A program made the position numbers and the translations under genes. Positions 1 through 10,832 of a DNA stretch of 64,000 bases are shown piece after piece. The notes below the pieces were generated by a model. It was not told the DNA's origin. It made no database searches and worked only from the letters and a program-made list of their open reading frames with translations. Origin of the DNA: a phage. The stretch lies in the sequence record PZ386951.1. The stretch is one strand, 5' to 3'. How positions within the stretch are numbered: the stretch's first letter is position 1; every line of letters begins with the position of its first letter.

Positions 1-1830
1 ACCATTAGTTCCACATACTTTATTCAGATACTCATTAATTTTACGAGCAATCCACTGAATACCAACTTGGCCGAAAATTGTGATAGCAGTAGCATTTCGC
101 AAATCATAGTAACGGAAATGAATATTACCAAGAGCACCGTAAAGACTGTTAATAAGAATTTTACGGTTTAGCTGATTTGTATTAGCAAGTGTAGCTGCTT
201 TTTCACATTCTTCAATCAAACTATTGAGAACAGATTCAGTATAATTCGATAGTTCATTTAAGAAATCATCACTGAACTTAACATATCGTTCAACTTCAGG
301 TTTAGTTGAACAAGACCCTGCGCCTTTCATAATAATCTTTTTAATAGCTTCGGCATTCATTTCTTCAGCGAACATTTTCTTTTTCCAATCTTTACGCTGG
401 AAAAATACTTTAGCGATTTCCTTTGGAATGATACCTTCTTGATGCTTATCATACATCCATCCATTCGGAGAACAAGAATATTCATCACTCGGTTTAGGAG
501 CTGTTCCTGCGATATATTCATGAATTGGATGAACTTTAAACTGCCCACGAATAGTCTCAGGACTAATGTTAACCTGACGAATAATGCTAGGATACAGAGA
601 CGTCAAGTCAAAACTCATAATATATCGACGAGCAATTGGTTTAGGTTCAAACACAAATGCACCCGGAAAACTTTGTTTAACGTGCGAACCTTGTTGAGGA
701 ATAACCTTATGTTCACCTTTCAATGAGTTAAAAATAATAGCATCCCAAGTTTTAATAGGACTCATTACACCAGAAAAAGGCATTTTAGCATAATAAGACA
801 TACTTAAAACTAGATCGATAAACCCGCGAATTTTATCAATTGCTTGAACTGATTCTACGTCAATGATGTTATAACTAATATATCGTTGATGATTAGTCTC
901 ACGAAGTTTATTAATAGGACCGTCGTATGGTAATTTACCTTTTTTGGTTTCATGTTGAGCAACTGATTCCAAAGAGAATGACGGCAAATTAGTAAAAGCG
1001 AATTTCTTGTACAAATCTAAATAATCAAGAATAGATACGCCATCAATAGAATAAATTTCTTTGCTACCGTACATATTTTGGATAAGTTTAGATTTTACTC
1101 GACCGATTGGAGAGAAGCGTTTCATACTACGTTCACCGAGAACCATTTTAACGCGATTCATGATATACGGAACGTCAAATCCCTCAATATTCCAACCGGT
1201 AAAAATAGCAGGTCGTTTCTGTTCCCAGAGATTAATATATTCCATGAGCATATCACGCTCATTATCAAATGGCATATAAATTACTCGGTCAAGAATTTCT
1301 TGAGGAACTTCATCACCACCTTCACAGTCAAGCTTAGCAGCTAACTTTGCATCCCATTTTGATACTGAACCGTACATTGAATTCAAAAGATCAAAAACAT
1401 AAAAACGATCATCAATTGAATCGTAATGAGTGATAGCATCAATTTCATATTCAGCTTTCATTGGGTCAGGAAATTTATCACCAGTAACCTCAATGTCACA
1501 GTTAGCTACACGAACAAATTTTCGGTCATAAACAATTTCTGAACCATATGTATCACTGATGTAAGCGAGTTTAAAATCGTTCATACCGAGAGCTTCGAGA
1601 CCGATGTCTTCCATTCGTTTCATCCAATCTCGAGCATCTTTCATTGATGGAAATTTTTGAGGAGCACAATTTTTACCATAAATGTCTTTGTACTTTGACT
1701 CTTCCTTACAATGCCTAAACATAGTCGGAAGATATTCTACTTCACGAGTACGTTCCTTTCCGTTTTCATCAATATAACGTTCAACAATGTTATTTCCGAC
1801 TGTTTCAATAGAGATATAAAATTCTTTCAT
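1..1830 (-). CDS. 43: DNA polymerase gp43, N-terminal ~610 aa; CDS continues beyond window start
   Basis: Minus-strand frame open from ATG at 1830 (MKEFYISIETVGNN...) to the window edge; translation at the edge reads ...FGQVGIQWIARKINEYL; absent from ORF track because it runs off the window; matches T4 gp43 as recalled. Confidence 0.93.
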   Translation of the reverse strand, partial: MKEFYISIETVGNNIVERYIDENGKERTREVEYLPTMFRHCKEESKYKDIYGKNCAPQKFPSMKDARDWMKRMEDIGLEALGMNDFKLAYISDTYGSEIVYDRKFVRVANCDIEVTGDKFPDPMKAEYEIDAITHYDSIDDRFYVFDLLNSMYGSVSKWDAKLAAKLDCEGGDEVPQEILDRVIYMPFDNERDMLMEYINLWEQKRPAIFTGWNIEGFDVPYIMNRVKMVLGERSMKRFSPIGRVKSKLIQNMYGSKEIYSIDGVSILDYLDLYKKFAFTNLPSFSLESVAQHETKKGKLPYDGPINKLRETNHQRYISYNIIDVESVQAIDKIRGFIDLVLSMSYYAKMPFSGVMSPIKTWDAIIFNSLKGEHKVIPQQGSHVKQSFPGAFVFEPKPIARRYIMSFDLTSLYPSIIRQVNISPETIRGQFKVHPIHEYIAGTAPKPSDEYSCSPNGWMYDKHQEGIIPKEIAKVFFQRKDWKKKMFAEEMNAEAIKKIIMKGAGSCSTKPEVERYVKFSDDFLNELSNYTESVLNSLIEECEKAATLANTNQLNRKILINSLYGALGNIHFRYYDLRNATAITIFGQVGIQWIARKINEYLNKVCGTNG

Positions 1831-1888
1831 AGATATTCCTTAGTTTATAGCCCGAGTTATTAGGCTCTTGATATATTATACTCCAAAT

Positions 1889-1906
1889 AAGGGGCCGAAG
1901 CCCCTT
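1889..1906 (-). promoter_or_regulatory. GC stem-loop (GGGGC-UUCG-GCCCC on the minus-strand transcript) between regA and gene 43
   Basis: Perfect inverted repeat aaggggc cgaa gcccctt; UUCG tetraloop on the transcribed strand. Confidence 0.5.
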
Positions 1907-1908
1907 GC

Positions 1909-2277
1909 TTAATTACCAATCGTATATTTAGGAACGAGTTTCCATTCATGTTTTTGTTTAAAAGAAATAACTCGGAAGTTATTAGTTAAATCTTTCATAA
2001 AAGTTCTTTGTCCAGGAACGATTTCAATCAGTCCCCAATCTTCTAACAGCCATGCAATCGAATCACGACGAACTTCATCTTCTTCTGTCATTTCAACTTG
2101 ACGGCCATCCATACGAAGCATTTCTTTAAAATGAACGATATAGTATAGTCCTTTTTTCTGAAGAATATGACAGGACTGATACAGAACTTTATCTTTATTA
2201 TTAGCAATTCCCATACGAGTCAAAGTTTCTTTTACTTTCAGAAAATCTTCAGGTTTTTTAAGAGTAATTTCAATCAT
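1909..2277 (-). CDS. regA: translational repressor RegA
   Basis: 122-aa ORF; sequence MIEITLKKPEDFLKVKETLTRMG... matches T4 RegA as recalled; conserved position between 62 and 43. Confidence 0.9.
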   Translation of the reverse strand: MIEITLKKPEDFLKVKETLTRMGIANNKDKVLYQSCHILQKKGLYYIVHFKEMLRMDGRQVEMTEEDEVRRDSIAWLLEDWGLIEIVPGQRTFMKDLTNNFRVISFKQKHEWKLVPKYTIGN

Positions 2278-2278
2278 T

Positions 2279-2842
2279 TTACCATTCCAATGCTAGTTTT
2301 TTGAGTTGTTTCTGTTCTTTTACGTTCTTAGTCACTTCTTTCAAAAAATCATCCGTGACTAAACCTTTTAGTTCTTTTAATACTAAAGGTAGTTTTCCAT
2401 TTTTAGTAAGAATTGATTTATAGTTAATTGCATCATTTGTGTTAACTTGATACCGTTTAGCAAGTAACTTAATAATCAATACTTCGGTGGAATCTTCAAC
2501 TAGTTTTGCCCATTTACCATATCTTTTACCACGAGGAACTGCAGCCATTAGATAATTAAAATGGGCTTCATCACTTAAGCCTGATCCAATTAAATTCATA
2601 GCATATACGGCTGGCATGCACTCCGGAAATTGTGATAATGCATTTTCAACCATGAATTTTGAATAATCTTTTTGAGCAATAGAGCATTTAGTTTTATTAT
2701 TAATAGCTCCAATTATTTCAAAAAATTCATTTTCAGCTTTTTCTTTAAAAGAATCAGCAGCGGATTGAACAGCTGTCCAATCTTTTGAATACCAAGCAAC
2801 TTGATGCTCGTTTAATTGAATATCATCTTCAAATAAGCTCAT
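2279..2842 (-). CDS. 62: clamp loader subunit gp62
   Basis: 187-aa ORF immediately downstream of gp44 with 1-nt spacing; T4 synteny and size. Confidence 0.85.
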   Translation of the reverse strand: MSLFEDDIQLNEHQVAWYSKDWTAVQSAADSFKEKAENEFFEIIGAINNKTKCSIAQKDYSKFMVENALSQFPECMPAVYAMNLIGSGLSDEAHFNYLMAAVPRGKRYGKWAKLVEDSTEVLIIKLLAKRYQVNTNDAINYKSILTKNGKLPLVLKELKGLVTDDFLKEVTKNVKEQKQLKKLALEW

Positions 2843-2843
2843 A

Positions 2844-3803
2844 TCACTTCCACTGCATTTCGCATGCCAATTGAATGAAAAGATATGCTAAATGTAACTC
2901 AGTATTAGCCGCAATTCCATGATACTGGTTATTTTCACCAACAATTTCATACATACGAATAATACTTTGCGGAGTTACACGTGTATAGATTTCTTCGGCA
3001 AGTTTACCCACGAACCACGAATAATCGGCTGCATATTTTGGTGCTAAAGCTCTGAGTTGTTTAACATCTTTATTTTTGAGAGACTCAAGAACATCATCAA
3101 TAGCACCACGATCGTTAGTAACCAGTGATAAAATACCAGCATCCAAAACACCTTTAGATGAATAACTATCGAGCTCACCAATAGTTTTACGAAAATCAGG
3201 AAAATTCTTTTTAACCAAAGCTGCTACAACTTTCATATCAGCTATAGCAATACCTTCATGTTTACAGATTTCAGTCAATCGACGAATCATCTGCTTCATC
3301 ATTTCAATTTTATCTTCATCGGTCGGTTGACCGAACGTAATAACTCGGCAGCGTGACTGAAGTGGTTTAATAATACCATCAATATTGTTAGCAGTAATAA
3401 TAATACTACAGTTTGAACTATAAGCTTCCATAAAGGAACGAAGATGTCGCTGAGACTCTGCTAGCCCTGAGCGGTCAAATTCATCAATAACAATTACTTT
3501 TTGACGACCATCAAATGAAGCTGCACTAGCAAAATTAGTCAAAGGACCGCGAACAAAATCAATTTTACAATCTGATCCATTCACAAACATCATATCAGCA
3601 TTTACATCATGACACAATGCTTTTGCTACAGTTGTTTTACCTGTTCCTGGAGAAGGAGAATGAAGAATAATATGTGGAATCTTACCTTTACTTGTAATAG
3701 ATTTAAAGGTTTCTTTATCAAAGGCGGGAAGAATACATTCATCGATAGTAGATGGACGATATTTCTGTTCAAGAATGTGTTCTTTTTCATTTACGGTAAT
3801 CAT
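2844..3803 (-). CDS. 44: clamp loader AAA+ ATPase gp44
   Basis: Walker [11 protein letters not shown], Walker B VIVIDEFD; start taken at internal MITVNEK (319 aa) rather than the 324-aa track ORF. Confidence 0.9.
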   Translation of the reverse strand: MITVNEKEHILEQKYRPSTIDECILPAFDKETFKSITSKGKIPHIILHSPSPGTGKTTVAKALCHDVNADMMFVNGSDCKIDFVRGPLTNFASAASFDGRQKVIVIDEFDRSGLAESQRHLRSFMEAYSSNCSIIITANNIDGIIKPLQSRCRVITFGQPTDEDKIEMMKQMIRRLTEICKHEGIAIADMKVVAALVKKNFPDFRKTIGELDSYSSKGVLDAGILSLVTNDRGAIDDVLESLKNKDVKQLRALAPKYAADYSWFVGKLAEEIYTRVTPQSIIRMYEIVGENNQYHGIAANTELHLAYLFIQLACEMQWK

Positions 3804-3837
3804 AATTTCCTCATTCAAGTTTTAGTGTAAATTATAA

Positions 3838-3851
3838 AGGGCCGAAGCCCT
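3838..3851 (-). promoter_or_regulatory. GC stem-loop with UUCG loop between genes 45 and 44
   Basis: agggc cgaa gccct inverted repeat. Confidence 0.45.
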
Positions 3852-3854
3852 CTA

Positions 3855-4541
3855 TTAAAAATCGTGGGTAGAATCAGCTTCAAGAGCTACTACATAATTC
3901 GCGTGTTCACCTTCAAATTTAGCAGCACCTTGTTTACCTTTTGCCCAGAGCAGAAGTTTATAATTTCCTGGTTGCATTTTCATATTTGCCATATTGATAA
4001 TGAAATTAAATGTATTTTCACCATCATAATCACCAAGAGTCAAAGAATATTTAACACGGGTCAGAGCAGAATCTTCTACTTTATTAAAACCGTTAATTAC
4101 GATTTTACCTTCTTTTACCGTGATAGCAATTGTATCAATTTGCAGACCACGAGATACACGCAACAGTTGTTGAAGGTCTTCAGCTTTAATTTCAGTAACA
4201 ACAGATGCTACCGGGAATGGAATTGGTTTATTAGGAGCAACTACTGTACTCGGATCGGCTGCTGGCCAAAAAATTGTTGAGCGGGCATCAGCAATTTTAA
4301 TATTTCCATCTTCTGACTGAGAAATTTCTGCATCATCATTAACTAAAGACAGAATACCGAGAAAACCGTTCAAATCGTAAATTGCTACATCAAAATCAAT
4401 AACGTCAGAAATATTTGCTTCCGCATAAGTTGTACCATTAACTGCGCGAGTCATAATAAATTGACCGGATTTAAGCATAATACCAGAGTTAATAGTAGCG
4501 AAATTTTTCAAAATATTCAGTGTGTCTTTAGATAATTTCAT
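3855..4541 (-). CDS. 45: sliding clamp gp45
   Basis: 228-aa [23 protein letters not shown]...; matches T4 gp45 as recalled. Confidence 0.92.
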   Translation of the reverse strand: MKLSKDTLNILKNFATINSGIMLKSGQFIMTRAVNGTTYAEANISDVIDFDVAIYDLNGFLGILSLVNDDAEISQSEDGNIKIADARSTIFWPAADPSTVVAPNKPIPFPVASVVTEIKAEDLQQLLRVSRGLQIDTIAITVKEGKIVINGFNKVEDSALTRVKYSLTLGDYDGENTFNFIINMANMKMQPGNYKLLLWAKGKQGAAKFEGEHANYVVALEADSTHDF

Positions 4542-5425
4542 TTCAATTTCCTATTTACATAATAGTTAGACCAGGACCGTACAGCACCCTGATAAGATTC
4601 GTCGTTAAACCCATTAGCTACTGCAATTTTACGAAATTTATTATAACTTGGTTTTCCGTAAGCATGCCATAAAGATTTTAATTCATCTTCATGTTCAATC
4701 CAAGTTCCTCTAGCTTTAGATTTTCTAAATTTTGATTTGAATTCCGGTAAATTATTTCTAACAGTTGCTTGAATTGAAGCTCTCTGTCTTCTTTTAGCAT
4801 TATTCCATAATTCTTTTTGAGATTTAGAAATTTTTGATCTTACACTTTCTGAATTCATTATATCACTAAACTTTTTAGCATAACTACAATCAAGATATTT
4901 CAATTTCATCTTATTTGAGAGTTTAAGCTTTTTCTCATCGGTCCAGTGATTCTTCATTGAATTAGATATTTTGTATTTTACTTCAGAACTATGTTTGTAA
5001 CCTTTACGAATACCGACATACTCAGGCGTAATTTCAGATTGCGAAAGCTTTACAATTTTTCCAGTTAAAACATTTTTATATGTTCCATATCCTTTAGCAC
5101 CAATTAAAGTATTTTCATCTGCGTATGCTTTATTAAAATATTTTATATTACTTTTTGCTTTAACTTTTAATTGAAAAAATCTCTCCAATTTTCTTGGATC
5201 TAATATAGTTTCAGCTAAAATTTTGACGGTATATTTAGTGGTTTTAATAAGTTCAAAATATTCATCGCTATAACTCGATGACACGCTTCCAGTATAAATC
5301 TTTCCAGCTGAATCAATTATATTTGTTCCATCGAAAATTGCGTTAATTTTTGAACCTATATAATAACACGGAAAAATATTTTTAGCTTCCCGCTCTGGAA
5401 AGCTAATAAGATATACTAAATTCAT
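4538..5425 (-). CDS. putative Seg-like homing endonuclease (GIY-YIG-like N-terminus, NUMOD3-like repeats)
   Basis: 295 aa; N-terminal [23 protein letters not shown] resembles a GIY...YIG motif; C-terminal [15 protein letters not shown] and [16 protein letters not shown] resemble NUMOD3 repeats; 4-nt overlaps with rpbA stop and gene 45 start. Confidence 0.5.
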   Translation of the reverse strand: MNLVYLISFPEREAKNIFPCYYIGSKINAIFDGTNIIDSAGKIYTGSVSSSYSDEYFELIKTTKYTVKILAETILDPRKLERFFQLKVKAKSNIKYFNKAYADENTLIGAKGYGTYKNVLTGKIVKLSQSEITPEYVGIRKGYKHSSEVKYKISNSMKNHWTDEKKLKLSNKMKLKYLDCSYAKKFSDIMNSESVRSKISKSQKELWNNAKRRQRASIQATVRNNLPEFKSKFRKSKARGTWIEHEDELKSLWHAYGKPSYNKFRKIAVANGFNDESYQGAVRSWSNYYVNRKLK

Positions 5426-5811
5426 TTATTAAACTCGGCCACAATTGTTTCCGCAACAATTTGTGCAGCAACAATCAGACGTTCATCTGCATTACCACAA
5501 TAATCATCTTCAAGGCGTTCACCGCATGAAGTCATAATAAATTTAGCACCGGCGTTTAGGGATTCTGTAGTATGTTTGCGCATTAGTTCAATCCATTTAT
5601 TACTTACTTCACGATCGATAGCTTCATAATACGCATGACGAGCAGGTGCAGATTTAATTTTGTTCTGAATAACTTCCATTGCGTTATCAGAAAGAGACAA
5701 AACCCATGCTCGACGAATTTTATTTTGGTTTTGTGGATTTGATTCAGAACGCACGTGTTTTGGCTGAATATCTTTTACGTCAACAGTATAATTCACAGTA
5801 ATTTTAGTCAT
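5422..5811 (-). CDS. rpbA: RNA polymerase-binding protein RpbA
   Basis: 129-aa ORF in the T4 rpbA position; size and sequence consistent with recall. Confidence 0.75.
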   Translation of the reverse strand: MTKITVNYTVDVKDIQPKHVRSESNPQNQNKIRRAWVLSLSDNAMEVIQNKIKSAPARHAYYEAIDREVSNKWIELMRKHTTESLNAGAKFIMTSCGERLEDDYCGNADERLIVAAQIVAETIVAEFNK

Positions 5812-5820
5812 AATACACCT

Positions 5821-6009
5821 TTAGTCATAATAATCAGTAACAGTCCAAGCTTCATTTCTATTGGACATTATTTTTGTATATTCTGCTTTAAATGCATTCC
5901 TAAGCATAGATTCAGTAACTATATGCTCTTCATTAGAAAAATTATTTCTCAGAATATATCGTTTTATTTCAGGAATAGTTAATAGATGCTGTCCAGTTGA
6001 ATATTCCAT
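5821..6009 (-). CDS. hypothetical small protein (T4 45.1/45.2 position)
   Basis: 62-aa ORF on the coding strand between rpbA and gene 46. Confidence 0.4.
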   Translation of the reverse strand: MEYSTGQHLLTIPEIKRYILRNNFSNEEHIVTESMLRNAFKAEYTKIMSNRNEAWTVTDYYD

Positions 6010-6064
6010 GTTTTTCCTCCATAGAGATTATACTCTAATAAATTAAAGCATAATCTCTTATAAA

Positions 6065-7747
6065 TTAAACCATTACAGTAAATCGACCGACTTTCTTCAT
6101 TTGAAGATGCTGACCATATTCTTGCGGGTCATGGTCTTTATGCGAAATTATAAAAACATTAGTGTTTTTCATTGAATTTATAATATTAGCTACACCTTTA
6201 ATACCTTCGGCATCAAATGACCCATCAAACACTTCATCAAGAATTAATGTACTAATACTAACACCAGATACGATAGAAGCAATATCACGCCAAGTAAATA
6301 AAAGAGCAATATCGATTCGTGCCTTTTCACCTTCACTAAATGAAGCATAACTAAAATCTTCACGACCACGGGATTTAATTGTCTCATTAAATTCTTCATC
6401 TAATGTAAACACATAATCCGCTTCCATTATTTTAAGATAATGGTTAATCTGCTTATTAAATAATGGAATGTACTTTTTAATAATAGCACCTTTAATACCA
6501 GAATCTTTGAGCATATCAGTCAAAATTCCTCGGTGATATTTTTCCATTACTAAATTAGTTTTTGTCTTAACAATTTTATCAAGTTCTTCTTGAAGCAGTG
6601 CTATTTCGTCAGCATGGTCAATAAACTCAGAAGATGCTTTTTCTATAGCTGCTTTAACTTTTTTGGCTTTATCTACCGTCGTGATTAGAGATTGCTTTTT
6701 ATTGCGAATATCATTTGCCAACGACTGCTGGGTTTTAATATTATCTCGGTATTCATCAACAAGAACTTTTAAATTATCACGATGTGTTGAAAGCTGTTCA
6801 AACGAATGCGTACATTCAGAAACTTTATCTTTAATTTTAGAAACAACTTTATCACCGGAACTCAATTGTGACAAACAGGTTGGACATAATCCACCTTCGT
6901 GATACATATTAATGACTTTATTATATGAGTCAATTTTTGATTTAATTAAAAATGCTTCTTGACCGATTTTATTAAATGCATCAGTCGGGTCTTCATCCAA
7001 AACAATATTAACTAATCTTTCATTAGCTTCTTCTATTTCCGATTTTAGCGTTCTAGCTTCTTTTGCCAAATCATCATACATATTTTGTAGACGAGTAAGG
7101 TTGTCACCCGTTAATTTTTTCTGGCGTTCAACGTTATCATTATATATTTTAATTTGTTGGATAATACTATCTTTTTTAACATCAAGCACTTGGTTTTGTG
7201 AATTTAATTCACGTATTAGTGCTTTATTAAGCTTATCCATTTCAGCTAATGTTCCTACCTCAAGCAGGTCTTCCACAAGCTTTCTTCGCGCAGGGGTCGA
7301 CAAACCCATGAAAGGGGTATACCCTGCTGTACCAAGGACAACAATCTGCTTGAAACTGGCATATGACATTCCGATAAGCTGTTCAAATTCTGCTTGGAAA
7401 TCTTTACTGCTGGCAGATTCATTAAGACGTGTACCGTTAACGGTGATTTCGAAAACGTTTGGTTTTTGTCCTCTTTTGATATAGTACTTTTTCTCATCAT
7501 ATTCCATCCACAGTTCAACTAAAAGTTCTTTCTTATTTGTGCTGTTTATTAATTGACCTTTCTTTACATCACGGAATGGCTTGCCAAAAAGCCCAAATGT
7601 GATGGCTTCTAACATAGTAGACTTACCACCGCCATTTCGTCCAGTAATAAGAGTTTTTTGAACCTTATCTAATTGAATGTCAATCCCATTTTGACCAACT
7701 GACATTATATTTTTATATTTTACTCTATTAAGTTTAAAATTCTTCAC
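6065..7747 (-). CDS. 46: recombination/repair nuclease ATPase subunit gp46 (Rad50/SbcC-like)
   Basis: 560 aa; Walker A GRNGGGKST near N-terminus, long coiled coil with CPTC zinc hook, C-terminal signature/Walker B LILDEVFD. Confidence 0.9.
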   Translation of the reverse strand: MKNFKLNRVKYKNIMSVGQNGIDIQLDKVQKTLITGRNGGGKSTMLEAITFGLFGKPFRDVKKGQLINSTNKKELLVELWMEYDEKKYYIKRGQKPNVFEITVNGTRLNESASSKDFQAEFEQLIGMSYASFKQIVVLGTAGYTPFMGLSTPARRKLVEDLLEVGTLAEMDKLNKALIRELNSQNQVLDVKKDSIIQQIKIYNDNVERQKKLTGDNLTRLQNMYDDLAKEARTLKSEIEEANERLVNIVLDEDPTDAFNKIGQEAFLIKSKIDSYNKVINMYHEGGLCPTCLSQLSSGDKVVSKIKDKVSECTHSFEQLSTHRDNLKVLVDEYRDNIKTQQSLANDIRNKKQSLITTVDKAKKVKAAIEKASSEFIDHADEIALLQEELDKIVKTKTNLVMEKYHRGILTDMLKDSGIKGAIIKKYIPLFNKQINHYLKIMEADYVFTLDEEFNETIKSRGREDFSYASFSEGEKARIDIALLFTWRDIASIVSGVSISTLILDEVFDGSFDAEGIKGVANIINSMKNTNVFIISHKDHDPQEYGQHLQMKKVGRFTVMV

Positions 7748-8007
7748 AAAAGATTCCTTTTAATGTATCTTTTAGACCATTCTATCATATCATCATAATC
7801 TAAAAAGTATTCATCAAATTCAGCCATGCAAACAACGCCTTGTGCTGTTTTTGATGTGATATAAATTATTCCAACATATCTAGAATCTTCTTCGGTATAA
7901 TCAATGTTTGCTATGAATTCATCATTAATGTCAAATGTCGAAAACTTCACAGTATGCATCCTTAATACAAGATACAGCCATATCTCGTAATGATTTAGGT
8001 GTGTCAT
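7744..8007 (-). CDS. hypothetical protein (46.1 position); true start may be internal
   Basis: 87-aa ORF; overlaps the next ORF by 77 nt unless started at internal Met. Confidence 0.35.
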   Translation of the reverse strand: MTHLNHYEIWLYLVLRMHTVKFSTFDINDEFIANIDYTEEDSRYVGIIYITSKTAQGVVCMAEFDEYFLDYDDMIEWSKRYIKRNLL

Positions 8008-8194
8008 TATCTAAAATGTTGAAGTTAAAAGATACAGCCCAGTCAGTGCAGACTGTAACCTTTTTAATACAATTATCTTCAACCTCTAACGGTTCAAACC
8101 AGTATTCAATAATTTCTTTATGCCCAATATCATCTTTTACTTCGCATTCAAAATGCTGACTCATCATAACATTTTTAAATTCATCAAAAGTCAT
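7931..8194 (-). CDS. hypothetical protein (46.2 position)
   Basis: 87-aa ORF; stop overlaps gene 47 region; acidic small protein. Confidence 0.4.
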   Translation of the reverse strand: MTFDEFKNVMMSQHFECEVKDDIGHKEIIEYWFEPLEVEDNCIKKVTVCTDWAVSFNFNILDNDTPKSLRDMAVSCIKDAYCEVFDI

Positions 8195-9210
8195 TGTGTT
8201 GCCTCTACATATAACTGATTTGCATATTGAATAAGTGCTTCACGGTCAGAATCAGTGATGTCTGGAATTGCATTAATATACTCTTCCATTAATGTCTGAA
8301 GCGATTGAACTTCAACTTCTTCACTGTCATCTGACTCGACAGAGTTATCAATCTTTGACACAACTCGTAATGAATGCACAACTTTTTCTAGTTCAGATTC
8401 GAACTTCGTCAGATTTTTGTCTACCTCAGTTACTATAACACGTACTGATAGATTTGTAAAATCTTTATAGTCAATTTTTCCTTTAAATGGATAATGAATT
8501 CTACGATGCCAGGTAGTGTTGTTTGGAATAAATTCCATTCGTTCTGTTTCTGTATCAAACATCCAGAACCCACGAGGGTCATTCTCGTCACCTGCAGTTA
8601 GTGTCCATGGTGTACCAATATATCTGACGTTAGCAGCCTCAGAGATAGTATGGAAGTGACCAGACCACACTTCTTTATAAGTCTTAAGGAAATCAGGTTC
8701 AAGACCGTGAGATTTCATTCCTTTATAAAAATAAAATCCATTCAGCTCCCAGTGACCAACACAAAAAGAAGCAGATGAAGTTTTGATGTGTTCAAGAATT
8801 TCACCAGTATTTTCTTCACACATCCAAGGAATTAAATCAATTAAACATCCGTCAAAATCTACTGTAGTAGGCTTATCATATACTTTAACATTAGGATATT
8901 TAGCCAAAAGCTCAGTAGAGGCATTTGGATGCATTACATTTTTGTAGTGGAGATCGTGATTTCCTACAATAGTATGTAATGTGATTCCAGCACCATCAAG
9001 CATTTGAACTATTTCACGGGCAAACTCCATAGTTTTATGCGTGATTGCTTTTCGCACATCAAAAATATCACCATATTGAATCCATACAGTAATTCCATTT
9101 TTCTTAGAATATTCTATCGCTTGCTTAATTCCATCAATTTGAATACCGCGAATCCACTCATCATCAGCTTTAACGCCTAAATGCCAATCACCTAAATTTA
9201 AAATTTTCAT
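8191..9210 (-). CDS. 47: recombination/repair nuclease subunit gp47 (Mre11/SbcD-like phosphoesterase)
   Basis: 339 aa; calcineurin-like motifs GDWHLG, GDIFD, GNHD, GHWE, GHFH. Confidence 0.9.
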   Translation of the reverse strand: MKILNLGDWHLGVKADDEWIRGIQIDGIKQAIEYSKKNGITVWIQYGDIFDVRKAITHKTMEFAREIVQMLDGAGITLHTIVGNHDLHYKNVMHPNASTELLAKYPNVKVYDKPTTVDFDGCLIDLIPWMCEENTGEILEHIKTSSASFCVGHWELNGFYFYKGMKSHGLEPDFLKTYKEVWSGHFHTISEAANVRYIGTPWTLTAGDENDPRGFWMFDTETERMEFIPNNTTWHRRIHYPFKGKIDYKDFTNLSVRVIVTEVDKNLTKFESELEKVVHSLRVVSKIDNSVESDDSEEVEVQSLQTLMEEYINAIPDITDSDREALIQYANQLYVEATQ

Positions 9211-9370
9211 ATATCAAGAACCGTCATTGAAATGCAAAATAAAATTATTGAAATAAACCCATCTGGGGTGCTAAAGAACCCAATCCAACATGCTCTAGTG
9301 AATAGATAAAATGCGAGAAAAAGTATCACATATCCAAGAAATATCATTATATCAAACTCCGTATAAAGCT

Positions 9371-9388
9371 AAAGGGCCGAAGCCCTTT
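9371..9388 (-). promoter_or_regulatory. GC stem-loop (UUCG loop) overlapping the a-gt stop codon
   Basis: aaagggc cgaa gcccttt inverted repeat. Confidence 0.45.
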
Positions 9389-10589
9389 ATTTTGTAATAA
9401 TGTCAAACTGCTCTTTAAAGCAGAAGCTTGAATCTTGATGCTGATACAAAAATTCATATGCTTTTTCTCGCTCACGGTCATAAAGAGCTCGGTCAGATGA
9501 CAGTTCTTTAATACGCTCGAATGTTGATTCCATGTCATTTTCATCAAACCAAATGATACCGCTATCATGAGAAATTAATGGAGTGTTATCAACACGGAAT
9601 TTTAAATTTTCGCCCGTAGATTTCCAAAATACCGGAATTGTTCCACATGCACCAAGCTCGAGATGAGTATATTCTAAAGAGCGCTGTAGATATTTTTTAT
9701 CCAACTTACTCAACTGATAACCAAAACCGGATTTACTCATACGTTCAAGCATTTCGCTATTTACATAACGGTCAAGAATTTGCGTTGGCAAATTAGGAGC
9801 AATTTTAATTTGGTCTACTTGATGAAGACGATAATACTCGTATGGAATTCCTTTTTCTTTAATAGGAATGAACGCTGGAGAACGTTCTAGACCTTCCATA
9901 ATAGTACTTAGTCCTGCAGGTTTAAGATATTTTTCATGAAAATCAAACATCTGATAAAAACCTTTCCATGTAGTCGTACGACCAATCCAACGATTGATAT
10001 TCATGTTAATTTCAGAAACATCTTTCCAGTATGTTGATCGAACCTTTGCAATATCCATCGGAGGCTGAAAGTTATATACGGTCGGTGCTTCTTCAATATC
10101 ATCAAACAGAGAAACAGTTTCTGGATACCACTCTTTCATCAGAACTTTATTAAAATCACCATTATCAGAATGGCTAAAAATAACATCAGCCCGACGAACA
10201 GTTTCTTCTAATCCCAAATTTCGACGCAAAGAAAGAGAAGAATGGTCATGCTGATAAACTACAACACGAACCGAAGGTTTAATGTTATCAATAATTTTTT
10301 TATAGTTATTAATTGTGTCTTCTTCAACTGAAGTAGCAGGAACTGAATTGATAATTAGAATATCACAATCATTTACCAGCTTAAGTGTTTTATCGTATTC
10401 TTTTGCCAATAAAACAGGAATTGAAAATGATTTATAATCATGTGCACAGTTACGAGTAAATGATTTATCTTTAGCATAAACCAAAGTTACTTCATGACCA
10501 TTTTTAATAAACCAATCACGTTGCTCAAGAGAAAATTTAGTTACACCACAACCTTCAAGACCTCGAGCCATAAAAATACATACTTTCAT
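9387..10589 (-). CDS. a-gt: DNA alpha-glucosyltransferase (hydroxymethylcytosine glucosylation)
   Basis: 400-aa ORF MKVCIFMARGLEGCGVTKFSLEQRDWFIKNGHEV...; matches T4 AGT as recalled. Confidence 0.85.
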   Translation of the reverse strand: MKVCIFMARGLEGCGVTKFSLEQRDWFIKNGHEVTLVYAKDKSFTRNCAHDYKSFSIPVLLAKEYDKTLKLVNDCDILIINSVPATSVEEDTINNYKKIIDNIKPSVRVVVYQHDHSSLSLRRNLGLEETVRRADVIFSHSDNGDFNKVLMKEWYPETVSLFDDIEEAPTVYNFQPPMDIAKVRSTYWKDVSEINMNINRWIGRTTTWKGFYQMFDFHEKYLKPAGLSTIMEGLERSPAFIPIKEKGIPYEYYRLHQVDQIKIAPNLPTQILDRYVNSEMLERMSKSGFGYQLSKLDKKYLQRSLEYTHLELGACGTIPVFWKSTGENLKFRVDNTPLISHDSGIIWFDENDMESTFERIKELSSDRALYDREREKAYEFLYQHQDSSFCFKEQFDIITK

Positions 10590-10640
10590 TTAATATCCTC
10601 TTTGTTTTGGTTTATTTTACCAAAAATTTATAAAGCAATA

Positions 10641-10658
10641 TAGGAGCCGAAGCTCCTA
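10641..10658 (-). promoter_or_regulatory. stem-loop taggagc cgaa gctccta at the 3' end of a small ORF
   Basis: Inverted repeat with CGAA/UUCG loop. Confidence 0.4.
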
Positions 10659-10829
10659 TCCACATAATACACCGTATAGAGGCTCATTAGAGCTTCTAAA
10701 TTTTCTGCGCTTATATGTTATAGTTCCTTCTGCTTTAGCTTTATCATGAGACTCTTTAAAGCGTCTCATCATTTCCTCTTTAGAGGAACGAATTTTATTA
10801 TAATCTATTTCAGAAGTCTGGGTGTTCAT
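10656..10829 (-). CDS. possible small protein (57 aa), below the ORF-track size cutoff
   Basis: Read by hand: MNTQTSEIDYNKIRSSKEEMMRRFKESHDKAKAEGTITYKRRKFRSSNEPLYGVLCG; stop sits in the hairpin. Confidence 0.25.
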   Translation of the reverse strand: MNTQTSEIDYNKIRSSKEEMMRRFKESHDKAKAEGTITYKRRKFRSSNEPLYGVLCG

Positions 10830-10832
10830 CTT

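Noticed and set aside
357-1344. Track ORFs 357-548(-), 439-726(+), 1061-1279(+), 1078-1344(+)
   Set aside because: All lie inside the gene 43 coding region in other frames or on the opposite strand; gp43 reads continuously through them.
3609-4280. Plus-strand ORFs 3609-3830 and 3864-4280
   Set aside because: Antisense to genes 44 and 45; low-complexity translations typical of AT-rich antisense frames.
9347-9568. 73-aa minus-strand ORF overlapping the a-gt C-terminus
   Set aside because: Alternative frame within a-gt; a-gt reads through to the hairpin at 9371-9388.
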